Shown here: positions 10,262 to 20,258 of the stretch, piece by piece
Position numbering within the stretch: the first letter of the stretch is position 1
Layout of the letters: every line of letters starts with the position of its first letter
Source: Carpediemonas membranifera BICM
Taxonomy: Eukaryota > Protista > Fornicata
DNA: 64,000 nucleotides
Assembly (NCBI GenBank): GCA_019828565.1
Contig: JAHDYR010000029.1
Coordinates: 115,509 to 179,508 of the forward strand
Direction of reading: 5' to 3'
The notes under the pieces: model-generated
The model's database searches: none
Told to the model about the DNA's origin: nothing
The model's input: the letters and a program-made list of their open reading frames with translations, nothing else
Made by a program: the position numbers and the translations under genes

Positions 10262-10970
10262 CTAGTACCGCCTACCGCTGTCGTTGAGCGCGGCGATTCG
10301 TGGTCTCTGCTCCATCCTGACCCGCCATTCCGACAGACCCGGGAACGACGCCAGGGCAAGAGGCACCTCGCGGTCAATGGCCTCGAGTGCGCTGAACAGG
10401 GAGATGTCGGCCAGGGTGAGGGTGTCACCGACGATGTAGAGGGGATGGGCCCTCGCCTCAAACCGGGCAGACAGCAAGCGGAGCTTGGGCTCGAGGTACT
10501 CTGTGTAAATGGACAGGGTGCGTGCACATACGTATACCGAACTCAGTTTTCTTACCAGCAACGGTGTAGTCCGTCGCCCCGCCCTCCTTGGCGGCCATGA
10601 AGTCCGCCCCCCACATCTCACGGGTCAGATCCGCCGTGGTATCCACCCACATGTTCACCTCAGCCTGCTCCTGTGGGGTGGTGCCGGTGTAGCCAAGGAG
10701 GGTGCCGAGGAAACGGTAGATGGGCAGGTCGCCGGAGATGCGGAGGGAACCGGCCTCGATCATCGGGAGATCGCCAAATGGGGACATTTCACGCACCTTG
10801 CGAGATGGGAGAGCTTTTCCGAGAAGCATTTCCTCATAGCCGATCTCTGCTTCAGCCAGAAGCTGTGTGATGGTTGTGATAAGAGTACATACCAGCCGAA
10901 GCTTGTCACAAACGCCACGAGCAGGGAAGTAGAACAGTTTAAGCGCAGATTTGACGTCAGTTATGCTCAT
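10262..10970 (-). CDS. Glutathione S-transferase (Tyr-type N-terminus), 2 introns (10863-10892 and 10501-10531)
   Basis: KLFYFPARGVCDKLRL|LLAEAEIGYEE, PFGDLP, YIVGDTLTLADISLF. Removing the GTATGT...CAG introns (30 and 31 nt) restores one frame. Confidence 0.88.
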
Positions 10971-11264
10971 TGCTTCCTTCTAGGTTCTTCTTTGCTTCTT
11001 GAAGCTTTCCGGCGTGCGCTTTATGGCCGACTCACGACCGACTGTCTGTCGGGGTCGGGACAACGGACATGGCTTAGTCTGTGGCGTACTGGACAGGCCT
11101 CAGTACACAGTTATGATTAGTCCATCGTTTAGACCCCAATCCCATCGATGTCTCCCGGGCCCATCTCAGCCAGGAGTCTGGGACTGTAAAGCACTCCATG
11201 TCATCCCCACCGCTGCCCTCATCCCGTGCCCTGACATCGTCGTTTGGTGCAGTTTGGTTCAACA

Positions 11265-11942
11265 ATGGCGCTAACACAGAAGGATGTATTACGAATTTCG
11301 CGGAACTATGATATGAGCACTGTGTTTCGTTTGAACGTTAAAGGGCGCAATATCAGTGACTGTTCTGTCCTGGCGCAATGCCCCAGTCTCAAGGAGCTTT
11401 GTCTCGACAATAACTCCATCACCAACCTCGAATGCCTCACCAAAATGCCTGAACTCGAAGTACTAACCGCTGTGAACAACCAAATCACCACGCTTCCTCC
11501 CCTGACCGGCACATCGATTCAAACCCTTGTCCTGAGCAACAATCCCGTGCCATTTGACGCGGTCCTCGTCGCCGTGTCGGGAATGGAGACACTCCGGACA
11601 CTGTACATGGGCTACACACCAGACCTGACCGATGACGAGGAGCAGGCGCTCATGTACGCATGCCCCAGCCTGCTGTCGATCAATGGCAAGAGGGTCAAGG
11701 TGGTGAGACGGGACGCCCTCTCCCGGGAGGTCATAGAGGCATACACCGTGCCGGAGCCCCCCGAGAGGCTCTCCCCCATCCCCGTCGACAGTCTATTCCC
11801 CACGGTCCCCTGGGTCGACGAGGCCGCGTGGACCCCTCCCCAGTGGGGGGCAGGGGTGGCTGAGGATGAGGTGCTTGGAGAGGAGGTAGCCGGGCTGGAG
11901 AAGGATGTGGGGGAACTGCTTGACCTTGCTGGGGTGAAATGA
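11265..11942 (+). CDS. Leucine-rich repeat protein (SDS22-type LRRs, possibly LRRC61-like)
   Basis: LKELCLDNNSITNL, LEVLTAVNNQI, IQTLVLSNNPV repeats and an LRRcap-like CPSLLSING. Confidence 0.8.
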   Translation: MALTQKDVLRISRNYDMSTVFRLNVKGRNISDCSVLAQCPSLKELCLDNNSITNLECLTKMPELEVLTAVNNQITTLPPLTGTSIQTLVLSNNPVPFDAVLVAVSGMETLRTLYMGYTPDLTDDEEQALMYACPSLLSINGKRVKVVRRDALSREVIEAYTVPEPPERLSPIPVDSLFPTVPWVDEAAWTPPQWGAGVAEDEVLGEEVAGLEKDVGELLDLAGVK

Positions 11943-12328
11943 GTGGATCAAAGATCGTGACAACAGGGTCGGGGGAGCCGCACCCTGCACACTGGCAGGC
12001 TATTGTATGTATAGTACGGTCAAGCGATGTAAACCGTTGACCAAAGTGGACCAGTTTGTTTCCGATATCACGGATACCAATCGAACAGAAATAGACTGGA
12101 CATAGACACCGGTAGACACCGTTAGCGGTACCAGCGTTGACGTGACCTTAGTAAAACGAAGACGATGAGACAATGCGAGAGATATTGTGATGTTGCATCT
12201 GCCATGCAGGAAATGAGTTTGTGAGGGTTCTGAACAAGAAAGACTCTCAGCCGAGTTAAGAAGATTATGGAGGATGACGACAGGCCAGAATTAAACACCC
12301 GACTGGCGTTTTTTTGAACCATTTTCAA

Positions 12329-12536
12329 TGTTGCGCAGTATAAACACATTTTTCAAACCTCCAAGACAGGGCCTGAAAGGAACGATCAAAGTGCCAAACT
12401 GTACAACATCATCCGTCCGTAGACGAATGTTGGCGGTTAGCCAATTGATGATCCCTACCGACTTAAGACGTGAGTAGGAGGGAGACAGGGCAGTGTTGCG
12501 CAGTATAAACACATTGTTCGACCCTTCAATAGCACA
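12329..12536 (+). mobile_element. Putative non-autonomous relative of the Fanzor element: duplicated element-end motif
   Basis: 12506-12536 is 31/31 identical to the reverse complement of 40422-40452. TGTTGCGCAGTATAAACACATT occurs at 12329-12350 and 12494-12515. Confidence 0.55.
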
Positions 12537-12612
12537 TTCAAACTTACCTTAAAATGCTCGTTTGCCGCAGGCACCGCGCCGTTCTATCGCTCTCAACCCA
12601 CTTTTTAGATCA

Positions 12613-14061
12613 ATGGTAACACATCGAGACGATTTCTCGTCCGATGCGCTGGGTATTAGCGATATTGAGGATCCATTGAAGCTATTCCGTTCACATTTTT
12701 CGAACGATGAGGAATCTGCTTCCCTGAACGGAGTTTCATATATTACGCCCCCGTCTCTTCGTCCTTCATTGCATATTGTTGTCCTTTTTGCGCAAGATAC
12801 GCGAGTTTTGATTTACGCCAAGCAATCGATGCAACGCTTTTTGAACCATGGCATCGACTGCTACCTTCAGCGCTCCATCTCGGAGGGAACCTACATCAAG
12901 CACACAAACCTGGTCAAGATCATCGCAGAGAGCCACACCGACTTCCTCTGTGTCATTGGCGACAAGAACTACCGCAACCAGACCATAAGCGCCCGCATTG
13001 ACGAAAAGCTGTGCGAGGTCACGGTCGAGGCCTTCCTGGCATACATCAACCATCACTGGTCCATGCGGGCGGGTGCACTGGACGACGCGTCGCTGACTGA
13101 CCGGGATCTGACCGAGCTGTCGCAGGAGGCGCTGGCCGGCCACATCCAGCAGTTCCTCGACGTACGGTTCTTCCTGGGCAAGTGGAAGCAGTTCTACCGG
13201 GATATGCGTGAGCTGAGCCAACTGAGGCCGCAAGACGGGGTGCTCACTGCCGACCAGGTGGACTTCGTCCGATCGGCCATCAGACACTCCATATCTATCC
13301 ACAGCGACATCGCACACGGCAGGGCGACACTCGCCCGGCTTACAGTGTCGAAGCGGAACATCTGGGAGACGTGCTCGCGGGAGAAGGGGGAGAGCCTCAG
13401 TGCCCCTGAACCCATTTCGCCAGAGGGCGGCCCGCAGGTCTCTAGGTTCTTCAGGCGGCGGGTTGGGTCGTTCCTGCAGTTTGTCCAGGACATCATCTCG
13501 GCGTACGTGACCAAGGAGGCGACACGTGTTATCGGGCCCCGGAACCCCTGGACGGAGTACCTCGACGGCGGCCACATCGACTGGGGCGACGCAGGGATGA
13601 CGCCGAGGTCTGCCATCGACGACACGAGGTCAGCTCACGCCAGCGACGTCCCCTCGGGGTTCGCGCGCGCCTGTCCAGCGACAGCCCAGGACGCGTCGAT
13701 ATTCTCACTGGCCCTGCCCCCCATCCCGGCTGCATTCCACCTCGACGGCATGGTCATGCAGATGCACCTGCAGGCATGGACCGACGCAGTCCGGCGTGTG
13801 GTGTCGGTCCAGCCCGAGATGGCCGGCCACCTCGAAACGCTGCTCCAGGCCTACTCTGCCCGATTGTCCGCCGTCACCAGCACAGACAGCGGCCCTGACC
13901 CCATCCCCTCGACCGGCCCCATGGCGATCGACCTCGGCCCGATCAGTGCGGCCCCTGTCATCCAGCCCGGCCCTTTCAGCCCAGTGTTCGGGATGCAGCA
14001 GGGGGGCATGGACCACGGGGTGCTGCCGGACCCCCCTAACCTGCACCAGTGGTTCGATTAA
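12613..14061 (+). CDS. Hypothetical protein with an N-terminal class II aaRS anticodon-binding-like (HGTP) fold
   Basis: Long ORF with typical codon bias. HIVVL...IYAK...GIDCY...FLCVIGDKNYRNQTISAR...VTVEAFLAYI pattern. Confidence 0.6.
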   Translation: MVTHRDDFSSDALGISDIEDPLKLFRSHFSNDEESASLNGVSYITPPSLRPSLHIVVLFAQDTRVLIYAKQSMQRFLNHGIDCYLQRSISEGTYIKHTNLVKIIAESHTDFLCVIGDKNYRNQTISARIDEKLCEVTVEAFLAYINHHWSMRAGALDDASLTDRDLTELSQEALAGHIQQFLDVRFFLGKWKQFYRDMRELSQLRPQDGVLTADQVDFVRSAIRHSISIHSDIAHGRATLARLTVSKRNIWETCSREKGESLSAPEPISPEGGPQVSRFFRRRVGSFLQFVQDIISAYVTKEATRVIGPRNPWTEYLDGGHIDWGDAGMTPRSAIDDTRSAHASDVPSGFARACPATAQDASIFSLALPPIPAAFHLDGMVMQMHLQAWTDAVRRVVSVQPEMAGHLETLLQAYSARLSAVTSTDSGPDPIPSTGPMAIDLGPISAAPVIQPGPFSPVFGMQQGGMDHGVLPDPPNLHQWFD

Positions 14062-14301
14062 TGGTTTGACTAAAGCTTTTTGTTTCCATACTTTACTTTA
14101 TGGGTGCAGGATCGCAGGCTGGGTGAAGCTGAGTCGGGCTGAAACGGCATAGCACTAGTGAGAGGCAGCCATATTGCAGCCAAAGAGCACCCATCCATCG
14201 CTCCACAGGCGAGATATTTTGGGCCGTCGGCTGGGTCTCGGGTCGGGATAACCTGCAGGGTAAAACCCGCAACTACCAACCTGTCAAACGAAAAGAATCA
14301 G

Positions 14302-16269
14302 ATGGAACAGCTAATTCCTATTATTAACAGGCTCCAGAGCGTCTTTAAGGTGCTTGCAGTGGATGCACAGATCGATCTCCCCCAGATTGTCGTCGTCGGT
14401 TCTCAGTCGGCCGGTAAGTCCTCCGTTCTTGAGGCTGTCGTCGGCAAGGAGTTCCTTCCAAGAGGATCTGGCATTGTTACCCGCCGTCCTCTTGTTCTGC
14501 AGCTCTACAACATCCCCAAGGCGTCCGATGGCTCCGATAACGAGTACGCCGAGTTTGGACACATCCCCAAGCGCCAGTTCACGGACTTCACGAAGGTCCG
14601 CGATGAGATCACCCACGACACAGACCGTGTCTCTGGCTCCAACAAGGGCATCAGCGCCGAGGCGATCATCCTCCGCGTCTTTAGCTCCCGCGTCGTCAAC
14701 CTCACCCTCGTTGACCTCCCCGGCATCGCTAAGAACCCCGTTGGCGACCAGCCCAAGGACATCGAGGTCCGCATCAAGAACCTTGTCCTCAGCTACATCA
14801 AGAACCCCAACGCCATCATCCTCGCCGTCACGGCGGCCAACACTGACATCGCAACCAGCGACGGCATCCAGATGGCGAGACTTGTCGACCCCGAGGGCAA
14901 GCGCACGGTGGGCGTGCTTACCAAGGTGGACCTGATGGACAAGGGTACTGACGCTGTCGACATCCTCCAGAACCGGCAGTACCCCCTCCAGCACGGTTGG
15001 GTCGCCGTGGTCAACAGGAGTCAGAAGGACATCAACGAGAGCAAGTCCGTGGCCGACTCCCTCAGGGATGAGGCCCTGTTCTTCGAGTCGAATCAGCAGT
15101 ACGCCCCGCTCGCCTCGAGACAGGGTTTGCCCTACCTCGTCAAGCAGCTCAACTTCATCCTCAAGAACCACATCAAGAGTACCATCCCCGAGCTGCGTGC
15201 GAAGATCAACGACATGATGCTGAAAACGGTCCATGAGCTCGAGATCCTTGGCGCCGGTCCCGGTACCAAGAGCCAGAGGTCCAGCATCCTGCTCCGTCTC
15301 ATTAACCAGTTCGCCGCAGACTACGCCGCCGTGATTGAGGGCAACAGTGCTGGTGCTGGCAAGAACGAGCTGTTCGGCGGTGCGCGTATCAGCTACATCT
15401 ACACGGAGGTGCTCAGCTCGATGCTCAACAGACTAGAGCTAGGCAGCATCTCTGAGGGCGAGCTCATCACCGTTGTCCGCAACGCAGCGGGCACGAGCGG
15501 AAGCCTCTTCCCGTCGGAGCACGCCTTCGAGGTCTTCGTTCACCGCGACCTTGCCCGGCTGGAGGGGCCATGCAAGCACTGCCTCGACCTAGTCAGGGAT
15601 GAGCTCTTCAGGATCACGAGGCAGCTGCCCAACGACGAGATGAAGCGGTACGGCGCGCTGACTGCGGCCATCGTTGAGTGTGCCAACGCCCTCATCCGGA
15701 AGCTGTACGCCCCGGCCAAGACGTACCTCACAGACACTCTCCAGTGCGAATTGGCCTACATCAACACGAACCACCCTGACTTCGTCGGGGCGAAGGGGGC
15801 GATGGATAAGGCCATGACGAAGGCCCAGGCCGCTGCCGCCGCACAGGAGGAGGATATGTTCAAGAACACGGCGAAGAAGAGCTCCAAGAGGGGCCTGTCC
15901 TCGGACGCGGTCACCAACGAGCAGGGCCCGGTGATCGACTCTGTGCCGGAGAAGCTCAGGGCGGTCGGACCCATCTCGGGGGCGGAGCGGCTTGCCATTG
16001 ATATGATCCCGGAGTTACTCAAGTCGTATCACGAGATTGAGCGGAAGAAGATCCAGGATATGATTCCCAAGTGTGTGATGTACTTCCTGGTCCGTAAGTC
16101 GATTCAGATGATGCAGCAGGAGCTCACCGTACAGCTGTACCGCGAGGACAAGCTGGAGGAGCTGCTGAACGAGAACCCCGCCATAGCCAAGAAGCGGGCC
16201 GGTTGTCTCGAGATGAAGAAGATCCTCGACAAGGCGCTGGGGATCCTCGGCGATATCAGGGAGATGTAA
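14302..16269 (+). CDS. Dynamin-related protein (Vps1/Dnm1-like; GTPase, middle and GED domains, no PH domain)
   Basis: LPQIVVVGSQSAGKSSVLE, TRRP, DLPG, TKVD, ELFGGARI, YINTNHPDF. Confidence 0.96.
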   Translation: MEQLIPIINRLQSVFKVLAVDAQIDLPQIVVVGSQSAGKSSVLEAVVGKEFLPRGSGIVTRRPLVLQLYNIPKASDGSDNEYAEFGHIPKRQFTDFTKVRDEITHDTDRVSGSNKGISAEAIILRVFSSRVVNLTLVDLPGIAKNPVGDQPKDIEVRIKNLVLSYIKNPNAIILAVTAANTDIATSDGIQMARLVDPEGKRTVGVLTKVDLMDKGTDAVDILQNRQYPLQHGWVAVVNRSQKDINESKSVADSLRDEALFFESNQQYAPLASRQGLPYLVKQLNFILKNHIKSTIPELRAKINDMMLKTVHELEILGAGPGTKSQRSSILLRLINQFAADYAAVIEGNSAGAGKNELFGGARISYIYTEVLSSMLNRLELGSISEGELITVVRNAAGTSGSLFPSEHAFEVFVHRDLARLEGPCKHCLDLVRDELFRITRQLPNDEMKRYGALTAAIVECANALIRKLYAPAKTYLTDTLQCELAYINTNHPDFVGAKGAMDKAMTKAQAAAAAQEEDMFKNTAKKSSKRGLSSDAVTNEQGPVIDSVPEKLRAVGPISGAERLAIDMIPELLKSYHEIERKKIQDMIPKCVMYFLVRKSIQMMQQELTVQLYREDKLEELLNENPAIAKKRAGCLEMKKILDKALGILGDIREM

Positions 16270-16412
16270 ACACAGTAAATACGGAGACGGGCAAGCAAGG
16301 GCGTCATTGCTCGGTCAGCCAACGACAAGCGCTGGCCCAATCGGCCAAACGCCACAGCAGTTTTGGAACGAACAAAAGGCGAAAACTGGCCTTGGAAACA
16401 ACACACAGTACA

Positions 16413-18461
16413 ATGGATGACACAACGAACAGCAATATTGGGAGTAATAGCAGGAATGCTGGTGGTTCCTCCTCTTCGATGTCCCTATCGTCGATATTGG
16501 TGCTGCGAAACACTCTCCAGCGCGTCAAGGACGAAGCAAAGGCAAAAGCCGCCGAACAGTCCAAGTTAGGGCAAGAGTTCATGGAGTATGACGTGGATGA
16601 CGAGGATGCGCCCCCATCAGATCAGCCCGCATCCATTGCTGGTGCCGAGGACCGTGATGCGGGCGAATCGTCTGAGGAAGCATGGGTGGAGGCCAGTAGG
16701 CGCAGGCGCTTGTTCGCTACGATCGAAAGTCTGGAGCAGGAGCACCATGCCCTGCGGCAGTCGTTGCGGGCCAGCCGGGGCGCGGCACTAACTCCAATAC
16801 CAGTAGAGGGCGACCCCGCTGTGGGCAAGGTCGCGGGCATCAGTGAGGATGAGCTGGCCAGGGTTCTAGGAGTATCGACACCCACAGCCACAGAGGTTGA
16901 GACCGGGACCAAGTTCAAGGGAGACCTGGCCGCCATGGCCGAGTACAAGGAGAGGGTTGGGACCACGTGGAAGGTGCGGGGGGAGGGCGTGCGGCATGAC
17001 CCGTTTGAGACACTCGACTGGATGAAGTTGATTGAGTCGACTGTGGGGCGGAGTCGTGGGCTCGTGCGGCAGATGTCAGACCTCGAGGCGACGCTGCAGA
17101 GGGAGAGGGAGGAGAGGCTCAGGCTCAGACAGGAGCACGCCGCAGAGCTCACCCGGCTGACCATGAGCCTGCACGGCGGTGTAGCCCAGGTCGACGCTGC
17201 CTCGGACCCGGTGTTGTGGGGAGATGAAGAGGCGAGGGACGATGATGGTAGCAGTGGGATAGACCCAGCTGAGGTGCCCGACAACAGCGGGACAATGGAG
17301 CCCCAGGACGTGGAGCCAGAGGAGGAGATGCCCGAGGAGACTGCGCTGCAGCCCTCTGCAACCGTCTCTCCGCCCCCGGATGACGGGGAGGCTGCTATTC
17401 TCCGGAAGCAGGTGGAGGACCTCCAGTTGCAGCTGGCCGAGGCGAAGTCGACGTCGTCCCAGGCCAAGCTGGAGCTGATTGAGTCCCAGCGCCGTAACGC
17501 CGACCTCAACCGGAAGTATGCCGAGCTCTCCACCCGCAACAGCAGTCTTGCATCGCTGGTGATGGACGCAGAGAACGGCAAGAAGGGCGCGGCAGACGTA
17601 GGGACCCAGACCCCGAAGCCCAAGGACCGGGCGGAACTGCAGGCCCTGCGGCAGCGGGTCCGCGTGCTGGAGAGCGAGAAGGCGAGGATGGTTGAGATCG
17701 TCAAGGGCTTCGACCCGCCCACGACTCGGCAATACATGAGGGCGGTGCCAGCCGAGGAGGGCGACTCGGCCTTCAGGGCTGTGGCGTTCGCACAGGCGTC
17801 CCCGATGTTTGACCGGCCCGCGCTTCAGAGGCTGGTGCAGGGTATGGCGGTCGAGGAGATCAGGCTCCGGCGGCTGCAAGCCAAGGATTCGCTCGGCCTG
17901 CTGCGGGCAGTCGGGCACCACATGTACCTCCTCAACAGCATCGCCAGCGCCCCCTTCGCCGTGCGGGAACTGCGGGGGCTCCAGGAATGGGTGCACACCG
18001 AGGGCCAGACCGACTCCGTCTTCGACAGGATCCTGGCAGGACGGGCGCCGGTCGCCCCGTGCGCCAATATTGTGCGGCGGCTGCAGCGGCATGTCTCAGA
18101 GTACCAGTCCCGCCGGGCCGTGTTTGAGGCCCTCCACTACAGGGAAATCAACAGACTCCTCACCGCACTCAGCAAGGCACCCAGCGCCACTGACATGCCT
18201 AAGTACCTCGCCCCGCTGGGTCCCGCCCAGCTAGACAGGCTCGAGCTCGCGGCAAGGGGCCTCGCCGTAGACTTCGGCGGCCTGCAGCCCGACACCAGGG
18301 CCAGCCTGCTGGGGGCCGTGGTTGAGTACGCTGTGTCCGGGTCGACCCGTGCCATTGACGTGCATCCTCTGGCTAGGGTGACGGAGGGCTTTGGGGACAT
18401 GACTCTCAGCCAGAGCGACGTGCGGCGCCGACTCACAACGCCCGCCAGCATTTACATGTGA
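16413..18461 (+). CDS. Hypothetical coiled-coil protein
   Basis: ~680-aa ORF from the first plausible ATG; heptad-rich segments; no family recognised. Confidence 0.75.
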   Translation: MDDTTNSNIGSNSRNAGGSSSSMSLSSILVLRNTLQRVKDEAKAKAAEQSKLGQEFMEYDVDDEDAPPSDQPASIAGAEDRDAGESSEEAWVEASRRRRLFATIESLEQEHHALRQSLRASRGAALTPIPVEGDPAVGKVAGISEDELARVLGVSTPTATEVETGTKFKGDLAAMAEYKERVGTTWKVRGEGVRHDPFETLDWMKLIESTVGRSRGLVRQMSDLEATLQREREERLRLRQEHAAELTRLTMSLHGGVAQVDAASDPVLWGDEEARDDDGSSGIDPAEVPDNSGTMEPQDVEPEEEMPEETALQPSATVSPPPDDGEAAILRKQVEDLQLQLAEAKSTSSQAKLELIESQRRNADLNRKYAELSTRNSSLASLVMDAENGKKGAADVGTQTPKPKDRAELQALRQRVRVLESEKARMVEIVKGFDPPTTRQYMRAVPAEEGDSAFRAVAFAQASPMFDRPALQRLVQGMAVEEIRLRRLQAKDSLGLLRAVGHHMYLLNSIASAPFAVRELRGLQEWVHTEGQTDSVFDRILAGRAPVAPCANIVRRLQRHVSEYQSRRAVFEALHYREINRLLTALSKAPSATDMPKYLAPLGPAQLDRLELAARGLAVDFGGLQPDTRASLLGAVVEYAVSGSTRAIDVHPLARVTEGFGDMTLSQSDVRRRLTTPASIYM

Positions 18462-18539
18462 TATAGCGGTTATTTAAACATCTCTCAAAGCTGGTTGGGT
18501 GTGGCAGCCAAGAAATCGTGCAAGATCCTCAAATATTCA

Positions 18540-19439
18540 ATGGTTTTGGTGCAAAACCCGCAACCCCGAAACTCGGCGATGAAAAGCTCGCGACTTAGGA
18601 TCTCACACGAGGCTGCCGAGGGTTCATTTCCACGCCCACCAGCTACAGCACCAATACGTACCCACAAGTTCCACCGTTCGAACACGGCGGAGACGTTCCA
18701 CGCCCGCCCCATCCATTTCCCGCCAGCCACGCCCACACACCGCACGCCGGTACCAGAGATGAAGCGTAGTATCCGAGAGCTGTCGCGTCCATCGACAACA
18801 CAGGCGGCGCGGCCATCGCGGACGTTACCACCAGCTTCGGTGCTCCGTGTGGACCGCCTCAAGGAGTACGTGCCGCACCGGGGAGTGTATAAGTCCTCCA
18901 CATACGACTCCACGGCCGCCGCAGTGTTCAAGGGCAGCAGCTGGCCGTCTGTGAACTTCAGCGGGGCCAGACAGCCTCGTTTCAAGTCGACGCTGCTGGA
19001 AGTGGAGGCTGAGCTGCGGACCGCGCTCGCCACGGACCCCGGGAGGGCAGTGGACCACTACAGGAAGGCGGCACGGACCCTGGTGGGGACGAATCCCATG
19101 GGCTACGGGGCCATCCTCACTGAGGCGCTGGATTGCATCGATGAGGAGCTGAAGGAGCAGCATTCCATCCCGGTAGCAGAGTACGCCGGGCTGGTAGAGG
19201 ACCACGAGCGGCTGCAGGTAGAGCTCGAGTCGATGCGGCAGGCCCATGCAGCTTTGGAGGCAGATCTGGTAGAGAGCCGGCGTGTGATCGCGCAGAAGGA
19301 CGCAGAGATCGCCCAGGCCCGCCAAGAGACCGCGAGTGTGCAGGAGACACTGCAACAGCTGGTCGGGGGTAACCCGGAGTTCGTTGAGCAGTTCATCCGG
19401 GAACAGATGGTGGACTACGAGAGCCAGCTCAGCCCCTGA
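18540..19439 (+). CDS. Coiled-coil protein, possibly TSNAXIP1 N-terminal-like (start may be 18579)
   Basis: QPRFKSTLLEVEAELRTAL...YRKAA...YGAILTE followed by coiled coil. Confidence 0.55.
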   Translation: MVLVQNPQPRNSAMKSSRLRISHEAAEGSFPRPPATAPIRTHKFHRSNTAETFHARPIHFPPATPTHRTPVPEMKRSIRELSRPSTTQAARPSRTLPPASVLRVDRLKEYVPHRGVYKSSTYDSTAAAVFKGSSWPSVNFSGARQPRFKSTLLEVEAELRTALATDPGRAVDHYRKAARTLVGTNPMGYGAILTEALDCIDEELKEQHSIPVAEYAGLVEDHERLQVELESMRQAHAALEADLVESRRVIAQKDAEIAQARQETASVQETLQQLVGGNPEFVEQFIREQMVDYESQLSP

Positions 19440-19489
19440 GTCGGCCACGCTATGTCACATTTACATCATTTACATGCCAGCCATAACCC

Positions 19490-19972
19490 TCACATGCTAT
19501 TATACATGGTTTCCCCCATGCCGCCGTCCAAGTCCCGGGTGATACGGACCGGGTCGACGACGTGGCTGCCCAGCGATATGAAGCGTTTCCTCGACGCCTC
19601 CTTGAACTCCCGCCTGAACCGCATGACGAGCTGGGTGAAGGCGCAGCAGGATAGGATCAGTACCGCAATGGCCAGCATCACGGTAACCATGTAGTATGGC
19701 GAGTAGACGGGCGCATACCTGGTCGTTGGTATCAGTACGTTGCAGTGAGTGCTATCTGCGCCGTGGATGGCGGCTCCGAAGTAGCCTTCGGTAATCCCGC
19801 CGGCATTGCACGTTTTTGTTGCGTGAAGATAGACGCAGCCTTCGTCACCGAGGATGTTTGCATCGATACACTCTTTACACGTCGCGTAGTCGCACATATT
19901 GCCGTGCTGCGTGGTTCGCACCGTGTCACAGTAAAGCGTCCGTGATGAATACATGGACATGGCTGGATCCAT
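19490..19972 (-). CDS. Small single-pass membrane protein with Cys-rich PSI-like ectodomain (start uncertain)
   Basis: CDYATCKECID...GCVYLHATKTC pattern, TM helix MVTVMLAIAVLILSCCAF, basic cytoplasmic tail, TGTAAA motifs after the stop. Confidence 0.55.
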   Translation of the reverse strand: MDPAMSMYSSRTLYCDTVRTTQHGNMCDYATCKECIDANILGDEGCVYLHATKTCNAGGITEGYFGAAIHGADSTHCNVLIPTTRYAPVYSPYYMVTVMLAIAVLILSCCAFTQLVMRFRREFKEASRKRFISLGSHVVDPVRITRDLDGGMGETMYNSM

Positions 19973-20258
19973 CCCTTGTATGCCGCTGAGCACAGCAGCA
20001 CTGAGCGGGACTGGGCCATTAGGACCGCCATGACACGGCCGGTGCGATGGCAAGATAATTCTGCCCGTAAGACAAAGCAGCTGAGGCCCCAATTTGTGTT
20101 CGCTGACGCAGCTGAGCCACCCACAAGCCTTGCTAAGCTTCGTAACCCTGCTAAACGTCCTTCTTCCACTCGTGGTTTTGACAGATTTGCACAAACCAAC
20201 GACGGCGTGTCTACCTTGAGGGCATTTCGATTCCTACCGTATCAACGACAACATTATC

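Noticed and set aside
12103-12121. TAGACACCG tandem duplication as a target-site duplication or excision footprint
   Set aside because: No matching copy at the other side of the ghost locus; a short local slippage duplication is sufficient.
12255-12315. AGAAGATTA...AGGATGAC followed by a T7 run resembling U6 snRNA
   Set aside because: Lacks the ACAGAGA box, the AGC triad and the internal stem-loop.
12329-12536. Two ~36-bp direct repeats as a CRISPR array
   Set aside because: Only two imperfect copies, a ~130-bp spacer, no cas genes, and a eukaryotic context. Better explained as Fanzor-related element ends.
12542-12610. ACTTACCT as the 5' end of U1 snRNA
   Set aside because: No recognisable U1 stem-loop I or Sm site before the next CDS begins; the same motif occurs in other intergenic regions.
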